Under the pieces are notes generated by a model, which saw nothing but the letters and a program-made list of their open reading frames with translations, searched no databases and was not told the DNA's origin. From the IMG/VR virus record IMGVR_UViG_3300022173_000089, positions 1 through 37,190 of that record: DNA of 37,190 bases. One strand, 5' to 3'. Source of the DNA: a virus. Lineage: Duplodnaviria; Caudoviricetes. Below are positions 1 through 8,896 of this stretch, in pieces. The position numbers were made by a program, and so were the translations under genes. Position 1 is the stretch's first letter. Each line of letters starts with the position of its first letter.

Positions 1-127
1 CAGGCCTACGACTGCGAGCCGCGTTTCCTGATCGCCAACAAGACGCTGACGATGTGGCTGGGCTCGGTGCAGATCGTCGGCATGGCTCTGCGCTGGGACC
101 CATCGAGCGGCAAGCTCAAGAGCGACG
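1..127. repeat. 127-bp exact direct repeat of 37064-37190; circular-contig overlap
   Basis: Identical sequence at both ends (caggcctacg...aagagcgacg), and the terminase frame reads through the join. 127 is a common assembler k-mer size. Confidence 0.95.
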
Positions 128-684
128 TGTCGGCGGCCGTGCTCGACCTGCAAGACGCAGCTGGCCGGCACTATTGGCACCGTGCCGAGGCGCTGACGGG
201 CGAGATTGCGACCACGAGCGAGGACGGCAAGCGGATCACCGGCGGCCAGGTGATGCAGCTTTGCGACCTGGTGGCCGAGTTCCGCGTCCCCCGGGTGGTG
301 GTCGAGACGAACGGAATCGGGCAGTTCGCGCCGAGCTTCCTTCGCATGGCCATGAAGCAGCGCCGGCTGCAATGCGGCATCGGCGAAGAGCCGGCGGTCC
401 AGAACAAGAACCGCCGCATCATGGATGCGCTGGAGCCGCTGACCCAGAGCGGCATGCTGTGGGCGCATGTCGATGTGCTCAACGGGCCACTGTGGGATCA
501 AATGAAGGACTGGAACCCAGCGGTCCCTGACCAGCCGGACGACCTGCTCGACGCGGGCGCCGGCGCGGTGACGGACCAGCCCGCGCGCATCGGGCACTCG
601 GTCAGGCACGCAGACCCCGACGCAAGAGACGACTGGCGCCCAGCATCTGGTATCCACGAGTACGAAATTTCAGCCGCAGATTGA
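1..684 (+). CDS. terL: Large terminase, C-terminal nuclease part (continues from 36104; about 547 aa in total)
   Basis: In frame with the ORF starting at 36104 across the join. RNase H-like terminase motifs WDPSSG..SD, VVVETNG and PDDLLDA are present. Confidence 0.9.
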   Translation, partial: QAYDCEPRFLIANKTLTMWLGSVQIVGMALRWDPSSGKLKSDVSAAVLDLQDAAGRHYWHRAEALTGEIATTSEDGKRITGGQVMQLCDLVAEFRVPRVVVETNGIGQFAPSFLRMAMKQRRLQCGIGEEPAVQNKNRRIMDALEPLTQSGMLWAHVDVLNGPLWDQMKDWNPAVPDQPDDLLDAGAGAVTDQPARIGHSVRHADPDARDDWRPASGIHEYEISAAD

Positions 685-699
685 CAACGAAAGCCGACC

Positions 700-2883
700 A
701 TGACGAGCGTAGTTGAACAAACCCCATTCAAAGAATACACCGCCAACGGGGCGACCACGGTATTCGCCTACGATTTCCAGGTACTGCAAGCTGCGGACAT
801 GGTTGTCTACGCGAATGGCGTAGTCGTTCCGTCGTCTGAGTATGTGCTTTCCGGCATTGGCGTGCAGGCCGGCGGATCGGTAACGTTCACAGTTGCGCCT
901 GCCAATCTTGTCGTGATCCTTCTGAATCGGGAAATTTCACTCTCTCGCACAACCGAATACCAGACGTTAGGCGATTTCAAGGCTGCCGTTGTCAACCCGG
1001 ACTTCAATCGCTTGTGGATGGCTCTTCAAGGGTTCGATGCCGTGCAGGGCGGCGCGGTGCGCGCACCGTACCCAGAGCAGATGACCGGTCTGCCGACGGC
1101 GGCGGCGCGCGCTGATAGGACACTTGGGTTTGACTCGCTCGGTCAGCCGACCGTTTTGACTCCTGTTTCTGGAAGCGCGGCTTCTGTTCTGACCGACCTT
1201 GCAAATACCGCAAGCGCAACGCTTGGTGACGCGCTTGTTGGTCAGGGGGCAATCATTTCGATAATCGATGGCGACCTGACGCGCTACGCCACACTGGCGG
1301 CAGCGGTAACGGCAATCGGGGCAACGGCTTGCACCCTGCTTATTCGTGATTCGATTGCGATGGGCGCCAGTTCGACCATTCCGGCAACATGCGTTCTCCG
1401 CATTGAGAACGCTGCGCAGATCACGACCACTGGCTTCACGCTCACCATCAATGGGCCATTCAGCGCGGACGTGAATCAATGCTTTGCAGGAACCGGGACG
1501 GTCAAGTTCGGCAAGGGCGCAGTTTCCTGGATTTGCCCGCAGTGGTTCGGCGCAAAGGGTGATGGAGTTGTTGCCGATGGCAGCGGCACGGATTCAACGG
1601 ATGCATTTTTGAAGGCCGTCGCGGCGAGTTGCGAGGATGGCGTTAGCGATGTAGCGATTCACTCGATTTACACGGGAGCCGGAAACTACGTAGTAGGCGC
1701 ATTGTCTTTCCCGCCCGCCTTCAGGATGTTCGGTGCCGGTCGGCAGATTACCAACTTCGTCGCCAAGACCGGCACGACTGGCGTTTGGTTTGGCGACTCC
1801 GGAAGCGCGGCAAAGATCGTGCTCGAAGGCTTCGCCATGTATGCCCGCAGCCTGGCGGGAATCACCTACGGCATTCGGCTGGGCTATGGCGCAACCCAGC
1901 ACGGCGTTGAGGGCCATTGCCGAGACCTTTTTGTGCGCGATGTGAAGGGGGCGTCAGCCATCCTTGGATTCGACGCAAACGGCAACGTCGCCTACTACGA
2001 AAATATCGCATCCTACGATTGCACGAGCGGGATTCGAATAGTTGGCGTGGCGAACATCGCAAGCTCGCTTGTTGCCTATGCGCCAACAGTAACGGGGGTG
2101 GAAGTCAACCTCTGCGACATTGACGGGGTTGAGGTAGAAGCGCCTGGAAACTCGTGCGTCCCGGTCAAGTTGTCCGGGAATGCAGACCTGCGCGGACTGA
2201 TCGTGTCGCTTGCAAACAGCACAACGATTTCTCATCTGGTGCAGATTGAAGCTGCCGCAACGAATTGGGCTGTTTCACCTTTGAATCTGGCCTTCGGCAG
2301 CACCCCGGCTGGCGTGACCGTCAGCAACGGGAACTTCAAGCGCTCATCGGACAGCACCTACTTCGGCGGGAACGCCACGGCCGGGAATCGCGCGGGTGAA
2401 GGTCACTACTCCAGCGAGTACGCCGGCCAGCGTCCGCAGTGTTTCACGCTCAGCATCACCAACACGGGCGGCACGCTTCAGCACAAAATCACAGAACCCG
2501 GCGTGAACGGCGCAACGAACTGGGCTGGCCTGATCAACGGTTCCAGCGCGACGCTTGCCAACACGCCTACAGGCGCCGATGGGTCGACAGCAATGGTTAG
2601 CGGCGGCAAGATCGGCAGCGCCAGCACGAACGTTTTTTGGCTCGACACCGCAAACCAGAGGGCTGCCGACTCTCAATTCATGGCCGTTGTGCAGTTCAAC
2701 AGCGCCGGAACCGATGTGACCGTGACGCCTGGCATTGTGTCGCTGAACATCAACGGCGTGACTCGCACGCGGCTTTCATTTCAGTTCAACAACTCGACGA
2801 CCGGCGCAGCGTTCGCGCTCACCACGGCAAACATTGCGGCCGGCAAGTTCATTCAAGTTCTGTTCAACGGGGTGCTTTCATGA
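700..2883 (+). CDS. Tail fibre/tailspike, probable polysaccharide depolymerase
   Basis: T7-like fibre N-terminal adaptor (YTANGATTVFAYDF...GGSVTFTVAP...DFNRLWM), then the beta-helix entry motif PQWFGAKGDG..DSTDAF and a G/A/T/S-rich body. Confidence 0.85.
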   Translation: MTSVVEQTPFKEYTANGATTVFAYDFQVLQAADMVVYANGVVVPSSEYVLSGIGVQAGGSVTFTVAPANLVVILLNREISLSRTTEYQTLGDFKAAVVNPDFNRLWMALQGFDAVQGGAVRAPYPEQMTGLPTAAARADRTLGFDSLGQPTVLTPVSGSAASVLTDLANTASATLGDALVGQGAIISIIDGDLTRYATLAAAVTAIGATACTLLIRDSIAMGASSTIPATCVLRIENAAQITTTGFTLTINGPFSADVNQCFAGTGTVKFGKGAVSWICPQWFGAKGDGVVADGSGTDSTDAFLKAVAASCEDGVSDVAIHSIYTGAGNYVVGALSFPPAFRMFGAGRQITNFVAKTGTTGVWFGDSGSAAKIVLEGFAMYARSLAGITYGIRLGYGATQHGVEGHCRDLFVRDVKGASAILGFDANGNVAYYENIASYDCTSGIRIVGVANIASSLVAYAPTVTGVEVNLCDIDGVEVEAPGNSCVPVKLSGNADLRGLIVSLANSTTISHLVQIEAAATNWAVSPLNLAFGSTPAGVTVSNGNFKRSSDSTYFGGNATAGNRAGEGHYSSEYAGQRPQCFTLSITNTGGTLQHKITEPGVNGATNWAGLINGSSATLANTPTGADGSTAMVSGGKIGSASTNVFWLDTANQRAADSQFMAVVQFNSAGTDVTVTPGIVSLNINGVTRTRLSFQFNNSTTGAAFALTTANIAAGKFIQVLFNGVLS

Positions 2884-3137
2884 AGCTCATAGACGACTGG
2901 CGGCAGTGGCCGCGCTTTTACAGCACCTGGGCATTCGGCAGCATTGCCACGATTCAGGGCGGGGCCGCTTTCCTGTCCGCTGAAATCCTTGTCATGCACG
3001 TCCCGCTTGCCCCGATGCACGTCACCTGGGCGACGCTCATTTCGTCGGCGACGGCGTTCCTGGCGATCAGCGGCGCTATCGGTCGCATCTTGGCGCAAAG
3101 CCCTGTTCCGGTAGTAGAAAAGGAAACGCCGCCATGA
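2880..3137 (+). CDS. Putative holin / small two-TM membrane protein
   Basis: MKLIDDWRQWPRFYSTW start, two hydrophobic segments ending GRILAQ, ATGA overlap with the fibre gene, upstream of the endolysin. Confidence 0.6.
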   Translation: MKLIDDWRQWPRFYSTWAFGSIATIQGGAAFLSAEILVMHVPLAPMHVTWATLISSATAFLAISGAIGRILAQSPVPVVEKETPP

Positions 3138-3508
3138 ACCACCAAGAAGAAGACACCGTACCCGGAAAGCTGGATGCGCTACAGTCCAGAATGGCAGCCG
3201 CAGAAAAACAGAACATCGGCTTGGATGCCCGCATGGGCGCGCTCGAATCAAGTATGGGCGGACTGCGCGAAGCCGTTGGCTTCAATACCGCATTGACGAA
3301 AGAGGCATCCAACGTAACCCACCAAATGGCCGCAAAGGTCGATGCGCTCGGGACGCACCTGGGCCTGCTCGGCGAGTTGCAGGAAACGAAGACCGGCCAA
3401 AAGTGGGCTAAGCGCACGCTGGCCGGGGCGGGCGGTATCGCTGGCGCTTTGACCGCCATCGGAGTTGCAGCGGCCGGTGCTTGGCATTGGCTCGGGGGCA
3501 AGCCATGA
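3134..3508 (+). CDS. Coiled-coil protein with C-terminal TM segment (lysis region)
   Basis: Heptad-like N-terminus, hydrophobic C-terminus and 4-bp gene overlaps. Confidence 0.6.
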   Translation: MNHQEEDTVPGKLDALQSRMAAAEKQNIGLDARMGALESSMGGLREAVGFNTALTKEASNVTHQMAAKVDALGTHLGLLGELQETKTGQKWAKRTLAGAGGIAGALTAIGVAAAGAWHWLGGKP

Positions 3509-3711
3509 AATCAACACCCGAAGGCCACGGCGGCACGATTCCCGGCGAGCTCGGCCCAGCCATCGAGCGCACGAAGCAATGGACGCCAGCCGACGAAAAG
3601 CGCAAGCGCCGCGAGCTTGAGCAGAGCAAGTATTGCCGGGGCTATCGTATTTGGACCAGCCCGGACGGCAAGATGAACGCCGAGATTGACCCGAGCGCGC
3701 CGCCACCATGA
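3505..3711 (+). CDS. Hypothetical protein (68 aa)
   Basis: ATGA-coupled on both sides and fills the gap before the endolysin. Confidence 0.55.
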   Translation: MKSTPEGHGGTIPGELGPAIERTKQWTPADEKRKRRELEQSKYCRGYRIWTSPDGKMNAEIDPSAPPP

Positions 3712-4280
3712 AGCCAACCCTGACCGAGCAGGACTACCAAGACGCGGCGCGCGCGCTCAACTGCGACGTGCCGGCGCTGAAGGCCGTGTGCAACGTCGAA
3801 TCGGCAGGCCGCGGATTCAACGCCAACGAGTCGGTGAAGATCCTCTACGAGGGCCACCTATTCCACCGCCTGACCGGCGGCAGGTACAGCGCCACGCACC
3901 CGACGCTGAGCTACCCGAAGTGGACCAAGCAGTTCTACGGCCGCGATCAAAGCGCTGAATGGGCGCGCCTGCTGGCCGCCATGGAACTCGACAAGGTGGC
4001 CGCGATCATGAGCACGAGCTGGGGCATGTTCCAGGTGCTGGGCAGCAACCACGCGGCATGCGGGTTCAAGGATGCCGCCGACATGGTGAAAGCCTATGCG
4101 ACTGGCGAGCCGGCGCAACTGAAGGGATTCGTCGAGTTCGTGAAGTTCAGCGGCATTGACGACGAGTTGCGCGAACACCGCTGGGCGGACTTCGCCAAGC
4201 GCTACAACGGCCCGGCCTACCTGACGAACGGTTATCACACCAAGATGGCCGCAGCCTATGCGCGCTTCAGTGCGGCATAA
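3708..4280 (+). CDS. Endolysin, N-acetylmuramidase (DUF3380 type)
   Basis: Motifs AVCNVESAGRGF, KILYEGHLF, STSWGMFQVLGSN and WADFAKRYNGPAY. Confidence 0.92.
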   Translation: MKPTLTEQDYQDAARALNCDVPALKAVCNVESAGRGFNANESVKILYEGHLFHRLTGGRYSATHPTLSYPKWTKQFYGRDQSAEWARLLAAMELDKVAAIMSTSWGMFQVLGSNHAACGFKDAADMVKAYATGEPAQLKGFVEFVKFSGIDDELREHRWADFAKRYNGPAYLTNGYHTKMAAAYARFSAA

Positions 4281-4318
4281 TCCGCGTGCATTCCGTCACA
4301 ACCTGAAAGGCGACACCC

Positions 4319-4483
4319 ATGGAACTCATCCACAACGCAGCCGGCACCGGAGGCACCCTGATTTTCGGCATTCTCGTCGGCCTGATCATCGGCGTGATGG
4401 GCTACCGCTACTTCTACAAGCGCGACGCCGCGAAGGTGGAAGCGCTGGCTGCCCGGCTCAAGGAGCTCGGCGAGAAGGTCTGA
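4319..4483 (+). CDS. Small single-TM protein (54 aa), not in the ORF track
   Basis: Manual translation MELIHNAAGTGGTLIFGILVGLIIGVMGYRYFYKRDAAKVEALAARLKELGEKV, with GAAAGG upstream. Confidence 0.65.
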   Translation: MELIHNAAGTGGTLIFGILVGLIIGVMGYRYFYKRDAAKVEALAARLKELGEKV

Positions 4484-4484
4484 T

Positions 4485-4580
4485 GTGTTTCTCATTGCCG
4501 GCGCTGTACTGGCCGGCTTCGTGATCGGGTTTCTGCTCGGCTACTTGACCGACTGGTCAGAACTGCGCTGGTACGAATGA
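4485..4580 (+). CDS. Putative 31-aa TM peptide
   Basis: GTG start, MFLIAGAVLAGFVIGFLLGYLTDWSELRWYE; the stop overlaps the next ATG. Confidence 0.45.
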   Translation: MFLIAGAVLAGFVIGFLLGYLTDWSELRWYE

Positions 4581-4900
4581 TCGTCGGACCCAACATCGCA
4601 TTCGGCATCGCGGTGGCATCCTTCGTGGCCGGTGGCGCGCTGGCGTGGAAGTACAAAGGCGCCCAGCTCGAAACCTGCGCAGTAGAGCGCGCATCCTTGT
4701 CGGCCGACATTGAAGACCAGAACAAGGCCATTGCGGCATTGTCAGCACAAGGCAAGGAAACGACCGAGAAGCTTGCCAAAGCCCTGGAAGCTACTACTCC
4801 AGCGGCCAAGTCCGCCGAGTCCCGTGTCGCCCAGCGCAAGGCCCTGCCTGTGCCGAAATCCTGCGACGCGGCATTTGATCTTCTGGACGCTGAGAAATGA
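4577..4900 (+). CDS. Rz-like inner-membrane spanin
   Basis: N-terminal TM helix followed by a coiled coil, downstream of the endolysin. Confidence 0.7.
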   Translation: MIVGPNIAFGIAVASFVAGGALAWKYKGAQLETCAVERASLSADIEDQNKAIAALSAQGKETTEKLAKALEATTPAAKSAESRVAQRKALPVPKSCDAAFDLLDAEK

Positions 4901-5067
4901 TGGCGTCGGGGCCGGCCTGTATCGCCGCGCTGGGTCGCGTACTCCAACTATGCAAGACGCTTGCATACCCCAACATTGAAAATGATGTGAGAGCGCCCGA
5001 CCTCCATCCCCCTCCGGCCGTCGCCATCACAAGGGGCCGCAGTTCCAAAGGGCCACAACTGCGCCGT

Positions 5068-5337
5068 GTGCGCTTGCGCGCCGCTGCTCACATCCTCATT
5101 CTACCGCTGGCCGGCTGCTTCGCAACGGTGCCTGAAAAAGTGCTTGTGCCGACCCCGGTTGCATGCGTCAGGCCCGACCAAGTGCCGACCCGACCGCCGC
5201 TCGTGCTCGACAAAGAGATGCCCAAGGCAGACCGGGGCGCGCGGGTGCTTGCGCTGGTCAACTATCAGACGCTGGCCGAGCCCTACATCAGCCGGCTGGA
5301 GGCTATCGCGCAGGGCTGCTCAAGGTTGCCGAACTGA
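5068..5337 (+). CDS. Rz1-like outer-membrane spanin lipoprotein (start uncertain)
   Basis: Lipobox LILPLAGC, Pro-rich mature region (VPTPVAC..PTRPP) and a C-terminal Cys. Confidence 0.7.
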   Translation: MRLRAAAHILILPLAGCFATVPEKVLVPTPVACVRPDQVPTRPPLVLDKEMPKADRGARVLALVNYQTLAEPYISRLEAIAQGCSRLPN

Positions 5338-5965
5338 GCGCGCGATAAACTGAGCGCGCGATAGAGAGAAGCACGTCGCGGAAAGGCTCAGGCGTCGCGT
5401 TGCGGATCGCGGTCTTGTTCTTCCCGCCCACCATCGCCACTACGCCGATACGCCTGGCTTTCTCGTAGCCGTAGCGCTCGATCATCCATTCGGGCAGGCG
5501 CTGCTCGCCATTCGTCCAGTTCAGTTCGGGCAGTTCTCGGCGCTGCATGCCGCACGCGATCAACCAAGTCGGCTTCCGGCTGGCGTGCCCGTAGTGGCCT
5601 TGCTCGACGTAGCACACCCACACCCCATGTTCGCGGTCGAACTGCCATCCTTCGCACTGCTTCGGCTTGCGAATGCGGAATGCGTCGAATGCCTTGCTGT
5701 GCGCTGGATGCTCCAGCACTCCGCCGTAGCGCTTCAGCGCCTTAAACGCGGCCTCGAAGCATCCGCCATCGTCGCCCAGCTTGTACTGGTGCGGCTTGCG
5801 CGTGCTGCCGTGCCAGAACCGGCCCCACCGTTGGCAAGGTGGGTGCGCCACTACCGGATGCGGACCAGCGTAGGTGCGCGCGTCGCGCGCCTCGTCCCAC
5901 GGGTCAACATCAGGAAGCCCGAAGTAACATCCGTCAGTCTCGACGTATAGGGCGGCTACTTGCAT
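5303..5965 (-). CDS. Small DNA cytosine-C5 methyltransferase-like protein
   Basis: Catalytic-type HPPCQ, GGVLEHP (motif VI-like) and QGHYGHASRKPTWL (motif VIII-like). Confidence 0.7.
   Translation of the reverse strand: MQVAALYVETDGCYFGLPDVDPWDEARDARTYAGPHPVVAHPPCQRWGRFWHGSTRKPHQYKLGDDGGCFEAAFKALKRYGGVLEHPAHSKAFDAFRIRKPKQCEGWQFDREHGVWVCYVEQGHYGHASRKPTWLIACGMQRRELPELNWTNGEQRLPEWMIERYGYEKARRIGVVAMVGGKNKTAIRNATPEPFRDVLLSIARSVYRALSSATLSSPAR
5332..5363. repeat. Perfect 16-bp tandem duplication (AACTGAGCGCGCGATA x2)
   Basis: Read directly; it lies at the convergence of the late and early arms. Confidence 0.9.
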
Positions 5966-6222
5966 GGAGCAGGGCTGCTCACGGGTGCCATAGCTGCCGC
6001 AGCGCGGACGCTTTTCGGCGAAGGCTTCGTGGTGTAGTCCACCGTGACGACGCGCTCGCAATCAAACTCGCCGTCGCAGTGATAGCACGTGCGGCCTTCG
6101 GATGCGCCGTCAAGCCCGGGACCGAAATTCCACTCCCACGCGTCGTCGTGCTTGTAGCCGCAGTGCGGGCACACGGGGCGCGGCTGAAGCGTTGTCTCGT
6201 GAGGAACTGGGGTGTCTGTCAT
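5956..6222 (-). CDS. Zn-ribbon protein
   Basis: CPHC...CYHC motif; coupled to neighbouring genes. Confidence 0.65.
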   Translation of the reverse strand: MTDTPVPHETTLQPRPVCPHCGYKHDDAWEWNFGPGLDGASEGRTCYHCDGEFDCERVVTVDYTTKPSPKSVRAAAAMAPVSSPAPCK

Positions 6223-7196
6223 GGCTTGATCCCGTGTGCCGCCTCAATGGCGCGGTCCAGTCGTTCAATCTCGGCGAGAATCAGCGCGCCGGCCTTGACC
6301 AGCATTCGACGGGGATCAGACGGCTTCCACTGCCAATTGCCTGGCCAACTCGGCGGTGGCTTGTCATCAAAACCGCCGTCGCCTTGCGAATACGGGCATA
6401 GCTTGTCGGCAGCAGCCAGCGTGTAGGCGGCACCAGCAGCAGCGAGCATTCCGTCGTCGTGGTCGGCGTCGTCGTGCGCGAAGGTCCAACCCTCTTTCAA
6501 GACTTGGCGTTGGCGCTCTGACAACACGGCGAGCGCGGCCGGCGTCATCTGGAATGAGTGCTGCCCGCAGACTGGGCAATTTGGGTCTCTAGCGCTCACG
6601 ATCTGCTCATCACTCAGCGGCTCGCGCTGCTCTGCCTGCGGCGCGGCGTACAGCGGCATCCACGCGCCGGAATTCTTGCGCACAGGCTCGATCTGCCAGT
6701 TCGGCAGCAGGTCGTCGGAAAGTGTTCCGTCCGGGTGCTTGCGAATCCACGCGACCGGCTCTGCCTGCTCCGCAAGTGCTGCGCGCAAGTCTTTTATTTC
6801 ACCGGCCATTACGATAAGCATGTTGCGCATCTGCTCAGGTGAGAAGTCAAGCGCGAGCTTCATTGCTTCGGTGCTCATGGTGTGGTGTCCTTTGGGTGCC
6901 GCGAGAAAGGCGCGGGCTGCTGACCATGCCGCATCCCATTCGTGTGGTGGCGGGCCTGGAATGTAGAAGTCATCCAGCCGAACCAGTTCCGCGATTACCG
7001 CAACTGCGGCGTTCCGCTCGGCCCGCAGCCGCTCTATCTCTGCGAGCTGCTGGGCTTGTGCTGCGCGGGCGTAGGTGGCCATATCGTCCGGCCCGAAAGA
7101 CGTCCAAACCGCACGCGGCGGCGACAGGATATGGCCCGGGATAACTACCGGGCCGCATGTCGGCTGCGGCAGCGGCGGCAGTTCTGCTTCACCCAT
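6219..7196 (-). CDS. Mosaic phage early protein (possible internal start at 6878)
   Basis: Contains common phage modules QAEPVAW..PLYAAP and ERQRQ..EGW..HDD..WKP..RRMLVKAGALILAEIERLDR. An internal AAGGA-N9-ATG is present. Confidence 0.7.
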   Translation of the reverse strand: MGEAELPPLPQPTCGPVVIPGHILSPPRAVWTSFGPDDMATYARAAQAQQLAEIERLRAERNAAVAVIAELVRLDDFYIPGPPPHEWDAAWSAARAFLAAPKGHHTMSTEAMKLALDFSPEQMRNMLIVMAGEIKDLRAALAEQAEPVAWIRKHPDGTLSDDLLPNWQIEPVRKNSGAWMPLYAAPQAEQREPLSDEQIVSARDPNCPVCGQHSFQMTPAALAVLSERQRQVLKEGWTFAHDDADHDDGMLAAAGAAYTLAAADKLCPYSQGDGGFDDKPPPSWPGNWQWKPSDPRRMLVKAGALILAEIERLDRAIEAAHGIKP

Positions 7197-7794
7197 TGCT
7201 TTGCTCGATCGCGATTTTTCCGATTCTGTCCCGTTCCGAAATTCCGATGGCCGCGCGGTCTTCTTTTGCAGTTCGCTCCCATGCGGCTTTGAACGCTTCG
7301 AACCCCTGTTCGCGCGCCAGCAGTTCGAAGTCGGCGATCATGTTGATGTGCCGATCTGTTCGGGCCGGTCTCTCGATTTGAGCCTTCTGCGTCGCCATAG
7401 CCTTGATTTCGTACAACTTCTTTTTCCCCTTGGTGGCGTTCAGATTGACATGGATGTCGGCGTCGATGTCGCTCAGGTGACTGATGCGGATTCCACCGAC
7501 CTCCTCTTTTCCAAAACGCACGCTCGGGTCTGTGTAGAGAGTCATTGACCGCCCTGCCCACAAGCGGCCATCTGCACCCCAGGCCAGCACCAGAACCTTG
7601 CGCATGGTCTTGCACGGCTTGTAGGGTCGGCCGTCGTCGTTCGGGTAGTGGATGCTGATCGGCTGCTCATCGGTGCTTCCGATCTTCACGCTGGAAACGG
7701 TGATCGTCATCGGCCCGCCGAGAAGTTGGTCTGCGTTGAGTTGGTCCGACTTCGGAACGATGGTGGGTCTGAGGTCTTCGACTGTCGCGTTCAT
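7189..7794 (-). CDS. Conserved phage protein beside the exonuclease; possible ssDNA-binding/annealing partner
   Basis: Motifs PKSDQLNAD..GP, PYKPCKTMRKVL and VGGIRISHLS. Function is inferred from position only. Confidence 0.6.
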   Translation of the reverse strand: MNATVEDLRPTIVPKSDQLNADQLLGGPMTITVSSVKIGSTDEQPISIHYPNDDGRPYKPCKTMRKVLVLAWGADGRLWAGRSMTLYTDPSVRFGKEEVGGIRISHLSDIDADIHVNLNATKGKKKLYEIKAMATQKAQIERPARTDRHINMIADFELLAREQGFEAFKAAWERTAKEDRAAIGISERDRIGKIAIEQSNG

Positions 7795-8684
7795 GAAAAC
7801 TCCACTTCGGTTTCGCCGATCAGTTCCCAGGATTGGGGCTCGATCGCGTTGATCTGGTGCCCGTAGTCGGGCCAGCGACCTGACTTGAGGCATGCGTTCC
7901 ATGCTTCTATTGCGCGGTCGACCTGCTCCGTTTCGAGTTGAGCCTTGACGCGCGACAGCTCGAACAGGTTGCAGGCGTATGGAGCGCGCTGTTCTTGCGC
8001 CAGGATGATGTGCCGCACGTCGCGGTGGCCGAGCATATCGAGCGCGCGGCGGTAGAACTCCAGCCCGAACAGGTAGCCCATGTTCTCAGCCATGCGGGCG
8101 AAGCGGCGCGGGTGGACACTGCGCGCGGTGGTCTTGTAAGAGAAGTGATAGCCGTCGATGTTCAAGCGGTCCGGGCGCGCGCGAAGGGTCGCGCCGTCGC
8201 ACTCGCTGATGACGGTCAACTCCGATTCGCAGCCGGCCCATTCTTGCGCTAGGCCGGCCCGCTCTAGGAACTCGCGCGCCTCCGTGACCATGGACCGCGG
8301 CTGAATCATGTCGCCGGCCAGGATCGGCACCAAGCCTCTGTCGCGCGCTTTGTCGCGCGCTGCGCGGATCGCCTTGTTTGTCCAGCCGGTGGGGGTGTCA
8401 CCCTTCTCTGATGGGTAGTCGCAAGGGTCGATGATCGCGAACGCGCCTTCTCCGCCAAGAAGCAGATCGTGCGCGACCGAACCGAGGTCTGATGCGCTCG
8501 ACGCCTTGGACACTTGGCCGCCGAGCCGTGGGTGCTGGAGCCATGCATGCTTCGGTGACTCGGTGAGTAATCGCCATGCGGTGCCGGCGTTGAGTGACGG
8601 CCTGGCGCACGGGTCGGCCAGGTACTCGCTCATCGGAATGCGGTGTATTCCTGTGCCCAGAGTTTGGGTTGCGAGTTCGTTCAC
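7791..8684 (-). CDS. PD-(D/E)XK exonuclease, RecE/ExoVIII (DUF3799)-like
   Basis: EYLADP..SL, LGSVAHDLLL, ESELT, RARPDRL..SYKTT and MGY..Y motifs. Confidence 0.8.
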   Translation of the reverse strand: MNELATQTLGTGIHRIPMSEYLADPCARPSLNAGTAWRLLTESPKHAWLQHPRLGGQVSKASSASDLGSVAHDLLLGGEGAFAIIDPCDYPSEKGDTPTGWTNKAIRAARDKARDRGLVPILAGDMIQPRSMVTEAREFLERAGLAQEWAGCESELTVISECDGATLRARPDRLNIDGYHFSYKTTARSVHPRRFARMAENMGYLFGLEFYRRALDMLGHRDVRHIILAQEQRAPYACNLFELSRVKAQLETEQVDRAIEAWNACLKSGRWPDYGHQINAIEPQSWELIGETEVEFS

Positions 8685-8896
8685 TTCGGCTCCGTTTCGC
8701 TTTGAGTTTCAACGCTCTGGCTGGCCGTCTGGAACACGCTGTCATCGCTGCGCGGGCGGCAGATTCCCATCGCGGCCAGCTCGTCGGTGATCCGGTCGAT
8801 CGCCTCGTGATCGCCAATCATGGCGGCCTGTGCGAGTGCAAGAGCGTGACCGCTTGGGTAGACGCGCGGCAGGTCGAGCAGGTCAATGCGGGTCAT
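8681..8896 (-). CDS. Hypothetical protein (71 aa)
   Basis: C-terminal part of the track ORF 8681..9457, with 4-bp overlaps on both sides. Confidence 0.55.
   Translation of the reverse strand: MTRIDLLDLPRVYPSGHALALAQAAMIGDHEAIDRITDELAAMGICRPRSDDSVFQTASQSVETQSETEPK

Noticed and set aside
700-2883. Diversity-generating retroelement, suggested by the BPP-1-like structural genes
   Set aside because: No reverse transcriptase motif was seen and I found no template/variable repeat pair.
4901-5067. Possible tRNA or ncRNA in the spanin gap
   Set aside because: I could not build a cloverleaf or find T-loop/D-loop consensus by eye.
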